From the IMG/VR virus record IMGVR_UViG_3300021962_000035, positions 1-64,000 of that record: a stretch of 64,000 bases of DNA; one strand, 5' to 3'. Made by a program: the position numbers and the translations under genes. This document shows, piece after piece, positions 45,290 through 54,613 of the stretch. Position 1 is the first letter of the stretch. Each line of letters begins with the position of its first letter. This DNA is from a virus. The notes beneath the pieces were generated by a model. It saw nothing but the letters and a program-made list of their open reading frames with translations. It was not told where the DNA came from and did no database searches.

Positions 45290-47251
45290 ATGCCACAACT
45301 ACAATCATTAAACGAAAATATGGTATTCATCCTTGAGAGACAGAATTCCATACTAGAAGCGAAAAAGTCAGAATCTGACGATTACGTTCTAGAAGGTATT
45401 GCTGCTGTTTTCGGACAAGAGAACAACAACAATAGAATATACGAGGAGAAGGAATATTTACCGCACCTTGAATATTTGAAGGATAAGATCTCACAGAATA
45501 GACTGGTTGGTGAATTAGATCACCCAGAGAAATTCGATGTGTCTCTTAAGAACATCTCTCACATCATAACAGATCTTAACTACGATAAAGGTAACAGAGA
45601 GCTTAAGATTAAGGTTAAACTTTTAGATACCCCAGCGGGTAGAATAGCTAAGAACTTAGTTGATGCTGGAGTTCCTCTTTCTATTTCTTCAAGAGCAGCT
45701 GGTTCAGTAGGTAATGATAAAAAGGTGGCAATTAAGAAAATTTTTACTTACGATCTAGTAGCTGATCCTGGATTTAAGGACGCACAACTTGAAAGAGTGT
45801 ATGAAAGCCAAGGGTTTACATCTCAAGAATTCGAAGCAATGAAAAATAATAGCATATTAAATAGCTTAGAATGCTTAAATGAATCTTTAGGTATCGAAAA
45901 AGAATCTTCACTTAAGATATATAAAGTTGAAAATAACGAAGAATTCAACAAAATCGTGAATAAATCAGATAATAAAAATAAATCAGTCCTTATGGAGAAC
46001 AATGAATTTGTTACTGCGGAGGAGCTTAATCAGTATTCAGTCTTCTTGAAAAAAGAGATGGATTCGATGAAAGCCGCTATCGCAGAGGCTAAAAATCAAA
46101 AAGCATCGCTAACTGAATCTGAAGATTTAAGTAAAGCTAATGAAGCTCTTGAAGAAAGAGTTGCTAAGCTTGAAAAATATTCAGAGTATTTAGCTGAGAA
46201 TCTAGAAAATTCTATTAAATACGGTGAGTATTTAGCAGAAAACTTGGACAGCACTATCAACTACAGTAAATATTTAGCAGAAAACTTAGACAAGAATATT
46301 TCTTATTCTAAGTACTTAGCTGAAAACGTAGATAAGTCTATCTCTTATTCCGAGTATGTTGCTGAAAGCGTTGACAAGAACATCGAGTACTCTAAATACT
46401 TAGCAGAAAAATTGGATCAAAATATTCAATACTCAGAGTACTTAGCAGAAAACGTAGATAAAGGAATCGCTTATTCTGAATATCTTGGAGAAAACTTAGA
46501 TAAAGGAATCGCTTATACTGAATACGTTGCTGAAAAACTAAACAACGGAATCGAATACACTGAATACGTTGCTGAGAATTTAAACAAGGGCATCGAGTAC
46601 TCTGACTATCTTGCAGAGAACTTAAATAAAGGATTAGACTATTCTGAGTATCTTGCAGAGAAATTAAACAGAGGAATTGCTTATAGCGAATACATCGCTG
46701 AGTCAGTTTCTACTAAAATTCCATCTAATGGTACTGGAGTATTAAAAGAGAGTGTAAATCTATCTGCAGAAGCAGGTCTTAATGAATCTGGCTTTGCTGG
46801 AAACTATGATAACCTAACTTCACAGATTGATTCATTAATAGAATCGGTTAAGACACAAAAAACCGCTTCAAACATCAACGAAGCTGCTAAAGCAGTAAAC
46901 CCAGCCGAAACACAGAAGGCTAACGAAACAGCTCTTAACGAGTCAGAGAACACAACTAAAACAGGTCTTAAGTTTATTGACGAAATGCCAGCAGAATATG
47001 CTCCGGTATGGGAATCTTTATCAGAAGGACACCAAGCATCTATTGTTGCTCAGTCACACTTCTATAATTTAGATACCCCTTATCAGATCAAAAATTTCTG
47101 GTCAACTCGTCAGCTTGGAGCTAAACCAGTTGGAGTACAAAAACTTGACGAGAGTGAAAATGTAGCCGAGACTGCAAAAACACAAGCATATTCTTCAGAT
47201 TACATGAATTATATCGCTTCTGCACTTGAGCAAAAATTTCAAAAAAGATAA
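45290..47251 (+). CDS. gp21: Prohead protease (gp21-like) fused to scaffold (gp22-like)
   Basis: Catalytic motifs GELDHP, SISSRAAGSV, YDLVADPGF; long coiled-coil repeat C-terminus; precedes the MCP gene. Confidence 0.9.
   Translation: MPQLQSLNENMVFILERQNSILEAKKSESDDYVLEGIAAVFGQENNNNRIYEEKEYLPHLEYLKDKISQNRLVGELDHPEKFDVSLKNISHIITDLNYDKGNRELKIKVKLLDTPAGRIAKNLVDAGVPLSISSRAAGSVGNDKKVAIKKIFTYDLVADPGFKDAQLERVYESQGFTSQEFEAMKNNSILNSLECLNESLGIEKESSLKIYKVENNEEFNKIVNKSDNKNKSVLMENNEFVTAEELNQYSVFLKKEMDSMKAAIAEAKNQKASLTESEDLSKANEALEERVAKLEKYSEYLAENLENSIKYGEYLAENLDSTINYSKYLAENLDKNISYSKYLAENVDKSISYSEYVAESVDKNIEYSKYLAEKLDQNIQYSEYLAENVDKGIAYSEYLGENLDKGIAYTEYVAEKLNNGIEYTEYVAENLNKGIEYSDYLAENLNKGLDYSEYLAEKLNRGIAYSEYIAESVSTKIPSNGTGVLKESVNLSAEAGLNESGFAGNYDNLTSQIDSLIESVKTQKTASNINEAAKAVNPAETQKANETALNESENTTKTGLKFIDEMPAEYAPVWESLSEGHQASIVAQSHFYNLDTPYQIKNFWSTRQLGAKPVGVQKLDESENVAETAKTQAYSSDYMNYIASALEQKFQKR
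45916..45923 (+). promoter_or_regulatory. Internal late promoter GATATATA
   Basis: Inside the protease gene, 68 nt before the in-frame ATG 45992. Confidence 0.55.
46163..46708 (+). repeat. 13 imperfect copies of a 14-aa (42-nt) repeat, approx. DKGIxYSEYLAENL
   Basis: Read directly from the translation of the scaffold region. Confidence 0.9.
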
Positions 47252-47276
47252 ATAAATAAAAAAAACAACTAAAATC

Positions 47277-49001
47277 ATGAAATTGATTAACGAACAAGAA
47301 ATCTATGAAACTTGGTCACCTCTTATCGAGAGCAAGGCTGGTATCACAGATGAAAGCAAAAAAGGTTGGTTGACTAAATATTGTCATTACCATTCATTAA
47401 ACGAGTCTGCTGGTGCATACAACTCATTAGGCGTTGTAAACGGTATGGGTACTGTAGCTCCTCCAGCATTCCCAGGCGCATCATTCGGTGGTGGCGCTGC
47501 TCTATCAACTGGCGCTAACGCTGGTTTCTACAACAACAGCTGGCAAGGTTCAGGAGATAAATTCCCTTCATTACTTCCATTAGCTATTCAGGTAGCTGCG
47601 AAGACTGTAGGTTTTGATATCGTTCCTGTTATCCCTATGTCAGGTCCAACTGGTATCTTATCTTACTTAGATTACGTATACGCAGGTGGTAAAGTTGCTG
47701 CTGCTGCTGCTTCTTCAGCTGCTGATCAGTTAGCTACTGCTCCTTCATTAATTAAATTCCCAGTTTACCAATCAGCAACTGGAACAGGTGTTACTGGTGC
47801 TACTGCTGGTACATTCACTGTAGGTGCTACTGCTTCTGTTGGTACTACTTTACTTTTAACTTTCGTAGGTCTATCAAGAATTGATGGTTACCCTATCTTC
47901 CAAGTTACTGGTTTAGCTTCAGGTTCTAACGTTGCTTCTTACATCAACGGTACTCCTGCACAAGTAGTTACTTCAGCAGGTGGTTCTGGTTTCTACACTG
48001 GAGCATCTTCAGTTAACTACGCTGCACAGCTAGTTAAAGCTTTAGAAGATCACATCCAAGGTTTCTCTGGTGCTGGTTTCAACAACGACCAAGCTTGGCA
48101 AGGTCCTTACGTTGATGGTACTAAAACTTACAACCCAATGTTAAGAGGTGTTGCTGAGTCTACTTACTACAACTCAATGGGTCTTTCAACTTTCACTAAA
48201 TTCGTAGAAGCTGAAACTTTCCAAGTTGCTGCATCAGTTACAACTGAGCAAATCCAAGACCTTAACAAACAATTCGGTATCGACGTTATTTCAATGATCG
48301 AGAACGCATTGGTTAACGAGGTTTCTCAAGCAATCAACAAGCACATCCTTTCAAGAACATTTGCTTTAGGTTGGTCTAACCACACTCAGTTCCTTAACAC
48401 TGAAAACCAAAACCTTAACTTGAACTTGATCATCGGTGGTGGTGCTGGTACTACAGCCGCTTACGTTAAGAAAGACGACACTACTCAAGCTATGACAATC
48501 CCTGCAGGTCCTGCATCAGGAGGTTATGAGAACTTATCAACTTTACAAAGAAGATTATTCTCAAGAATCCTTGCAGCTGCTAACGTGGTAGCTAACAGAG
48601 GTAGAAGAGGTCCTGCTAACTTCATCGTTACAAACGCTGCAGTTGCAAGTGCACTTCAAGATATCTCTCAGTTCACTTTCGCACCGTTCTCTAACACTTT
48701 AACTCAAAACAACGGTACTTTATACCCTGTAGGTTCGCTTGCTGGTATGACTGTATATGTTGATCAAAACATGAGCTACAATGATACAAGAGTTTGTATC
48801 GGTAGAAAAGGTGGAGACGACGAACCAGGTATCAAATTTATGCCTTACATGATGGCTGAATCTATTCAGACTATCTCTGAAGGTACAATGTCACCTAAAA
48901 TCGCAGTTAAATCAAGATACGCTCTAGTAGAAGCTGGTTTCTTACCAGAAACTATGTACTTGACATTCTATGTTAACGTACCTGCTGGTGGTTTAGCTTA
49001 A
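47277..49001 (+). CDS. gp23: Major capsid protein (T4 gp23-like)
   Basis: PMSGPTG, TTEQIQDLNKQFGID, EVSQAINK, RGRRGPANF, FMPY, PKIAVKSRYAL; strongly biased codon usage. Confidence 0.95.
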   Translation: MKLINEQEIYETWSPLIESKAGITDESKKGWLTKYCHYHSLNESAGAYNSLGVVNGMGTVAPPAFPGASFGGGAALSTGANAGFYNNSWQGSGDKFPSLLPLAIQVAAKTVGFDIVPVIPMSGPTGILSYLDYVYAGGKVAAAAASSAADQLATAPSLIKFPVYQSATGTGVTGATAGTFTVGATASVGTTLLLTFVGLSRIDGYPIFQVTGLASGSNVASYINGTPAQVVTSAGGSGFYTGASSVNYAAQLVKALEDHIQGFSGAGFNNDQAWQGPYVDGTKTYNPMLRGVAESTYYNSMGLSTFTKFVEAETFQVAASVTTEQIQDLNKQFGIDVISMIENALVNEVSQAINKHILSRTFALGWSNHTQFLNTENQNLNLNLIIGGGAGTTAAYVKKDDTTQAMTIPAGPASGGYENLSTLQRRLFSRILAAANVVANRGRRGPANFIVTNAAVASALQDISQFTFAPFSNTLTQNNGTLYPVGSLAGMTVYVDQNMSYNDTRVCIGRKGGDDEPGIKFMPYMMAESIQTISEGTMSPKIAVKSRYALVEAGFLPETMYLTFYVNVPAGGLA

Positions 49002-49021
49002 TCTTAACTAACCTAATAACT

Positions 49022-49051
49022 AAAACCCTAGGAGCAATCCTAGGGTTTTTT
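49022..49051 (+). terminator. Rho-independent terminator after MCP
   Basis: AAAACCCTAGGA-gcaa-TCCTAGGGTTTT plus T-run. Confidence 0.9.
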
Positions 49052-49084
49052 GTGTAGTGTGGTTAAGGAATAAAAATGCTTAGG

Positions 49085-49092
49085 GATATATA
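49085..49092 (+). promoter_or_regulatory. Late promoter GATATATA
   Basis: After the MCP terminator. Confidence 0.75.
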
Positions 49093-49118
49093 CAGTATAA
49101 AAATATTATTGTTTAGTA

Positions 49119-50261
49119 ATGAAGAATCTACCATCATTTAATGATTTCAAAAAATACGAGTATCTGATCGAAACTGCAAGTTCTGATCTTAGAGAAGAGT
49201 TCAACTCTTTAGAAACAGCAGAACCTAATCACACAGTAAATGAGGGAATTTTTGGGGATTACATCAAAAATTCACTTTCTAAATTTTTCTTAGGATCATT
49301 ATCTAGCGTTGGCATGATAGACAAGGCTAGAAAGATCTTGGTTGAACTTGAAATAGACGGGATCGAAAAAAGAGCAGCCTTTGAGGAGTCTGTTGATAAA
49401 CTAGAATCCCAAATAGATGGTTTAAGCTCTATAAACGATAAGGAAAGAATAACTGCATTAGAAAGGGATAGAGATTCAAAGATTAAGGAGTTCGAATCTT
49501 TCCTTAAATCTAATTCACTTAAGATTAAAAAAGCAAAGGATTTCATAACAAAAGCCATAGACAACAATACAAGAAGAAGAGAGTATTATGAAGCGGGAAG
49601 AGCAGACGATGAAATCGCTTTAGCTGAGCTTGAATATCAAATGGCTAAAGATAAAGCTGATGCAGAGGAGATTAAGAAATTTGAGGAAAGAATAATGAAG
49701 AAAAAGAAAGAGGCGGAGGAAAAAGCTCAAGATCTTAAGGATAAAATGGAGGATGACGAGAAATCTAAGAATCCTGAAAATGTTGAAGATTTATCAGTGG
49801 ATCCGGAGGCTGAAAAGAAGAAAGTTTCTAGCAGAAAAGCTAAGGATATAATAGAGAGAAAGAAAGATCTTGAGAAAGAAATTGCTGATCTAAAAGCGGA
49901 TATGGAAAGAAAAATTAATGTTTTGGAAAAGAGACTTAAATCCAATCCAGACAAGGTTAGTAAATCATATATTGAAAAAAGCAGAATAGAGTTACTTGAA
50001 ATTAGCTCAGCTTTAGATGCTAAGAGAAACCTCCTTAGATTGTTCAGAAACTTGGGCAAAACCGAAGGGGATATAGAGAAAAAGCTAAGTAAAGAGCAAG
50101 AGTTTACCCAGCTAGCTAATTTAATAAATCAGGGAATAGTTGATGGCGAGGATGCTAATTCAGGAACTAAGAAAATAATTTCTGATATTTTTGTTACATC
50201 TACCGGTACTATCGATCTTGGTAAATTGAGATCAGCAAAGAATAAACTAAACGACGAATAA
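49119..50261 (+). CDS. Coiled-coil probable internal head protein, paralog A
   Basis: Late promoter; MKNLPSFNDFKK...LIE leader; K/E-rich. Confidence 0.6.
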   Translation: MKNLPSFNDFKKYEYLIETASSDLREEFNSLETAEPNHTVNEGIFGDYIKNSLSKFFLGSLSSVGMIDKARKILVELEIDGIEKRAAFEESVDKLESQIDGLSSINDKERITALERDRDSKIKEFESFLKSNSLKIKKAKDFITKAIDNNTRRREYYEAGRADDEIALAELEYQMAKDKADAEEIKKFEERIMKKKKEAEEKAQDLKDKMEDDEKSKNPENVEDLSVDPEAEKKKVSSRKAKDIIERKKDLEKEIADLKADMERKINVLEKRLKSNPDKVSKSYIEKSRIELLEISSALDAKRNLLRLFRNLGKTEGDIEKKLSKEQEFTQLANLINQGIVDGEDANSGTKKIISDIFVTSTGTIDLGKLRSAKNKLNDE

Positions 50262-51190
50262 TGACTTTAAAATTTAAAGATTGGAACAGCTTAAATGAAG
50301 CTGGCTTATTCGATCAGATTAAAAACTGGTTGAGCAGTACTTTTGGAGGGAGTATAGATGCACTTGATAAATTAGCCAACGAGTACAGATCAGCAGAACT
50401 TGAGTATGTTGAAAAGTGGGAAGATATCAATGTGGAGATCGATAAATTAGATCTCGAAAGATCCCAGACTAAAAGTGATCCCGCAGAGATTAAAAGAATA
50501 GACAGACTTATACAAAGAAATCATGAGCTGATGAATGCTCAGTCAAGATCTCACGAGAAAAAGACTGAAAGCATATTCGTTAAAGTTAGAGACGTTATCG
50601 GAGAAAATAAAAGAATTCGTTTCTATTGGGAAAAGCTGAAGACCAAGGTTGATGCTGACATCGCAGAGGAGATGTACAAAAGAGCTAAGAATTTAGCTGA
50701 TTCTTCACTTTCCGGATCTTTATATGCTAAATATAAAGCTGCTGTATTAAGAGCTAAACAGAAAGACACTGATTTCAGAAACAGATACGGTAACCTCATG
50801 ACTAAGGACATTGAGAATGCTGAAAGATTCAAAAAAGAAAAAATCACCAGAACAAGATCTGAAAGTGGAGAATCCGAAGCAGGAGGTGGCACAGATGCTT
50901 CTTTTGAATTTCTTTCGAAGTTACCTTTAGTAGATTTTACTAATGCAGTAAAAGATCTTTCGTCTAAGCAAGCTAAAAGCCTAGTTTCATTTCTTTTAAA
51001 AGAGAGAAATGACAGATACGTTGCAATGGATATGGAAAGAGATATTCTGAACAAAGAAGTTGAGAACGCAGAAAACAAGGATAAAGCTAGAGAATTCGCT
51101 TCTCAAAAAATTAAGGAGATCAGAGAGAAATATATGGACGAGATCAGAGATCTTAGATCTAAAATAACAATAGCAAGAAAATATGCTTAA
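50261..51190 (+). CDS. Coiled-coil probable internal head protein, paralog B
   Basis: MTLKFKDWNSLNE leader; N-terminal half aligns by eye with the preceding ORF. Confidence 0.6.
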   Translation: MTLKFKDWNSLNEAGLFDQIKNWLSSTFGGSIDALDKLANEYRSAELEYVEKWEDINVEIDKLDLERSQTKSDPAEIKRIDRLIQRNHELMNAQSRSHEKKTESIFVKVRDVIGENKRIRFYWEKLKTKVDADIAEEMYKRAKNLADSSLSGSLYAKYKAAVLRAKQKDTDFRNRYGNLMTKDIENAERFKKEKITRTRSESGESEAGGGTDASFEFLSKLPLVDFTNAVKDLSSKQAKSLVSFLLKERNDRYVAMDMERDILNKEVENAENKDKAREFASQKIKEIREKYMDEIRDLRSKITIARKYA

Positions 51191-51443
51191 GTTTAAGGAA
51201 TTTCTGATAAAAGAAGCTGATAGCGATAAGACAAAAGTTCAGGAGATTAAAACCAACATTTCCCAGAAATTTGACGAGATAAAAGGGGCTAAAGATTCCA
51301 AGAAAAAGGGTGACTTTAATTCTGAAATTGCTAGCATAAATAAGCAAGCTTCGATATACCAGGAAATCTCTGTTTTACTCAAATCACTTTCTGCAGAAAT
51401 GCAGAAATCTGAAGCGGAAGGAACTAAAGACAATATATACTAA
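51183..51443 (+). CDS. Small probable internal head protein
   Basis: MLKFKEFLIKE leader resembles the T4 capsid-targeting sequence. Confidence 0.6.
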   Translation: MLKFKEFLIKEADSDKTKVQEIKTNISQKFDEIKGAKDSKKKGDFNSEIASINKQASIYQEISVLLKSLSAEMQKSEAEGTKDNIY

Positions 51444-51453
51444 AATTCAAATT

Positions 51454-53940
51454 ATGAATAACAATCCATACATTTACAATCCGGTAGCGAAGACCTTATT
51501 AGAGGAATATCACACAAGACTTTTAGAAAATGAGCAGGTTGATTCTTTGCTTGTTAAAGTCTGCGATAATGCTTTAAATGCTTTTAAGATATTAACATTC
51601 GATTTAGCCCCAAAGAGAGATAGAAATCCTGATGTTATTAGACTTAAACTTTCAGATGTTGCAGATTCTAAAACTGTAAAATCATTAACCGCAAAATTAA
51701 TAGATTATGCGGATGACAATGATTTGCTGGATTCTAGATTTGCTGAAACGAAAAGACTTTATTTAGACAGTCTTAAAAAATTCTGTGAGGCTTTAGATAG
51801 AGCATCGGAGATTTCTAAGTCTAAGGATGATGTTGTATTTAAGCAGTTTAAATTGTCTGCTACTAAGCTTCAAAATTCCATAGATAATATAGCTAAGCAA
51901 GCAGAGGATGAAGCTAAAAAACTAAACGATAGTGAAGGATTTGAATATGGAGATACCTTAAATGAATCTATCTTTACCGGATATAAAAACAGGGTTGAGA
52001 ATCTTAGAAAAAATCTTACCAACCTAATTAGTTCGTCAGAAGGCAAGGATCAAAAATCTGGATACGGTAAAGACTGGAAAAGAATTTTTCTGGATTTCGA
52101 TGAGCAAAGAAAGATATTAGATAACACCGAAGGTGGGGATAGAAATAGAAAGTCTTTAGAGGATCTCGAAAAAAAGGTAGAGAAAGCTCAGGAAGAATTC
52201 TATAATTCTATGATCCAAACAGCAAATAGAACTTTACAGAAGTTAGAAGATGACGAGGAAGTTTACACAACTTACTCGGACGTTACTAATTTGGTTAACC
52301 AAGCATTGGATCTAATGACTAGAGCTAAGACACAATACGGATTAGCTGTTAGAATAATAAAAGACGAAAACGAAGCAAAAGAAGTCGAAACAGCTAAGGC
52401 AGTATTTCCTCTTAAAAGAGGAGACACCGATTCTGACAGAAAGATTAAAGGAAGTGGATTGATCTTTGCCATCCAAACCGCTCTTTGTAATGGTATACCT
52501 TCGGCTGGTAAATTGATAAAATCTAAAGGAGGTCCAAATGGTAAATACGGTCCAGCAACGACTTCCGTTATTGCTACTATTCAAAAGTTAAGCGGCAATA
52601 AGAACGCTAATGGACAAATAGATCAAACTCTTTTAAAAGATATCATTTCTTCTGATTGGGTTTCCGCTAAGGATAAAAAAGCAATACAAACGGCTTTAAA
52701 TACTATAGGATCTAAAATGAACGAAAGCGTTTTCGCTTCCGGCCACGTGAAGAGTATATCTGAAATGTTTTCCCCTGTTTATGAAGGAAAAATCGTTATA
52801 AACAATTCTGAATTTGAAAAAGAACTACAAGTTCAGTATAAGGCAAATTCAGTTATTTCTCATTCTTCAGGCAAGGAAGGTGAATCATCTCATTCAGGGG
52901 GAAAATCTTCTTCAGGAGTTCGCTCTTTAGCTAAAAAGCTTAGACAGAATTATAATATAAAGGTGGAGTCTGACGATTTCGTTAAACAGGACGGATCTCT
53001 TAAATCTTCTTATAATACAGAATTCATAAAAGATTGGAATGCAGCTTTAGATAAAGCGAGTCCTGCTGAGGAATTCTCTTACTTCTTTGCAAATGGAGCA
53101 GTTTATAACATCAATCTAGCTTCGTCTTCTTTAAAAACTCCTTGTAACTGGACTAAGTGGGCAGAGACCAGACAGATTAAAACATTGGGTAATGAAGATG
53201 CAACCGAATTCCTTAGAAACTATCTTAAAGGCTGGACAACTTTTGGTATGATCCGACCTGAATGGAGATACGAAGGGATTAAGTCATTGCTTAAAAAGAA
53301 TTCTAATAATAACAGTTTGGATTTACATGGTCCTTTCGAAATGATGGAATCTTCTATAAAGAACAAAGAGATCCCTTTTGTTGATTATGACAATCTTAAG
53401 GGTGATATAGCTAGAGCATTTAATATAGCTCTACAAAAAAGCGATAAGAGACCTGATTTAGGTAAAGAGGAATTCGTTGCAATCAACAATTTCCTTATAA
53501 TGATAGCTAACTGTGTTACTTTCGACGGAAGTAAATTCATAAGCTGTATAAAATGGATCAACGATAACGTTTTAGGAGCTTCTACAGCTAAGAGAATCAC
53601 GGAAGATCAAGTATTCTTTGAAAATGGTCTTAATGATTCGACTGGACAAATTTTAACTTACGAAGGATCAAAAATCATCTCTGGTGATTATGATGCCATC
53701 AAGAGAAGAAAAACCACATCGAAAAGGCAGATGTCTTCTGCACTTGACGGAATAGGTATTCTCGCTGGAATGAGAGGATCTGGAAGTGACACAAAAATAA
53801 TCCTAGGTAACAATTGCTATTATATAGCTGCTGATGTATATCCTAGCATAGCAACACACGTTAAGAGGATGAATGCTACGGAATTTGGCGATGTGCCTCA
53901 ACAAGCACCTTTTAAATGCGTCAACACAGACACTAAATAA
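51454..53940 (+). CDS. Large coiled-coil protein with peptidoglycan-binding-like domain
   Basis: LKRGD...LIFAIQTAL...NGKYGPATTSVIATIQK...NGQIDQTL resembles PG_binding_1. Confidence 0.6.
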   Translation: MNNNPYIYNPVAKTLLEEYHTRLLENEQVDSLLVKVCDNALNAFKILTFDLAPKRDRNPDVIRLKLSDVADSKTVKSLTAKLIDYADDNDLLDSRFAETKRLYLDSLKKFCEALDRASEISKSKDDVVFKQFKLSATKLQNSIDNIAKQAEDEAKKLNDSEGFEYGDTLNESIFTGYKNRVENLRKNLTNLISSSEGKDQKSGYGKDWKRIFLDFDEQRKILDNTEGGDRNRKSLEDLEKKVEKAQEEFYNSMIQTANRTLQKLEDDEEVYTTYSDVTNLVNQALDLMTRAKTQYGLAVRIIKDENEAKEVETAKAVFPLKRGDTDSDRKIKGSGLIFAIQTALCNGIPSAGKLIKSKGGPNGKYGPATTSVIATIQKLSGNKNANGQIDQTLLKDIISSDWVSAKDKKAIQTALNTIGSKMNESVFASGHVKSISEMFSPVYEGKIVINNSEFEKELQVQYKANSVISHSSGKEGESSHSGGKSSSGVRSLAKKLRQNYNIKVESDDFVKQDGSLKSSYNTEFIKDWNAALDKASPAEEFSYFFANGAVYNINLASSSLKTPCNWTKWAETRQIKTLGNEDATEFLRNYLKGWTTFGMIRPEWRYEGIKSLLKKNSNNNSLDLHGPFEMMESSIKNKEIPFVDYDNLKGDIARAFNIALQKSDKRPDLGKEEFVAINNFLIMIANCVTFDGSKFISCIKWINDNVLGASTAKRITEDQVFFENGLNDSTGQILTYEGSKIISGDYDAIKRRKTTSKRQMSSALDGIGILAGMRGSGSDTKIILGNNCYYIAADVYPSIATHVKRMNATEFGDVPQQAPFKCVNTDTK

Positions 53941-53941
53941 T

Positions 53942-53974
53942 AAAAACCCCGATCTAAAAAAGACCGGGGTTTTT
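53942..53974 (+). terminator. Rho-independent terminator
   Basis: AAAAACCCCG...CGGGGTTTTT. Confidence 0.8.
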
Positions 53975-53998
53975 CGTGATTTCCCCGTACTAATTTAT

Positions 53999-54006
53999 TA
54001 TATTTG
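53999..54006 (+). promoter_or_regulatory. Bacteroidota-type -7 element (TATATTTG)
   Basis: Upstream of the kinase-AsnB pair. Confidence 0.6.
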
Positions 54007-54048
54007 CTAAGTGGAACATGTATTGTGTTCCGCTATAGAAAGAAATAT

Positions 54049-54609
54049 ATGGTATACGTATTCGAAGGCCCCAGAAATTCAGGCAAGACATTTTTATCCG
54101 GGTTCGTCTCGGACTCCTTTAATATACCGAGATTCCAGTTTAAATTTGCAAACTTTTTTAAAGATCTAAATTTAAAAAGTGTGGATAGCAAGGAAGCACA
54201 TGCATTCTCTCTAGGAAAAGAGTTTATGCTTATGCAGCTGGCTAAGGATCTTGAACATGAGTCTTTTATTCACGACAGAGGAATATTGACAGTTTTGGTT
54301 TGGGGATTACTTGAGGGTAGAATCACGGAAGATGAAGCTAGAGATCAGATAGAAATATTGAAGAAGTATTCTTTGTTGGATCAAATAACAATAATCTACA
54401 TTCAGGGCAATAACCCAGATAAGTCTGATAGAGATAAGGATCAATGGGATCATATCGATGGTGATCCTAGAGAAAGAGAAACCTACGTAAAGGTGATATC
54501 AATGTTCCAAGAAGCTGGTCTCGATAGAATATGGGTATTTATAAACGGATTTGATGATCAATCAGTGAGCAACATGGGTTCAATGTTTGAAGATATACTT
54601 TTTAATTAA
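54049..54609 (+). CDS. P-loop deoxynucleotide-monophosphate kinase-like protein
   Basis: VFEGPRNSGKT and FIHDRG; likely start at ATG 54049. Confidence 0.75.
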   Translation: MVYVFEGPRNSGKTFLSGFVSDSFNIPRFQFKFANFFKDLNLKSVDSKEAHAFSLGKEFMLMQLAKDLEHESFIHDRGILTVLVWGLLEGRITEDEARDQIEILKKYSLLDQITIIYIQGNNPDKSDRDKDQWDHIDGDPRERETYVKVISMFQEAGLDRIWVFINGFDDQSVSNMGSMFEDILFN

Positions 54610-54613
54610 AAAT

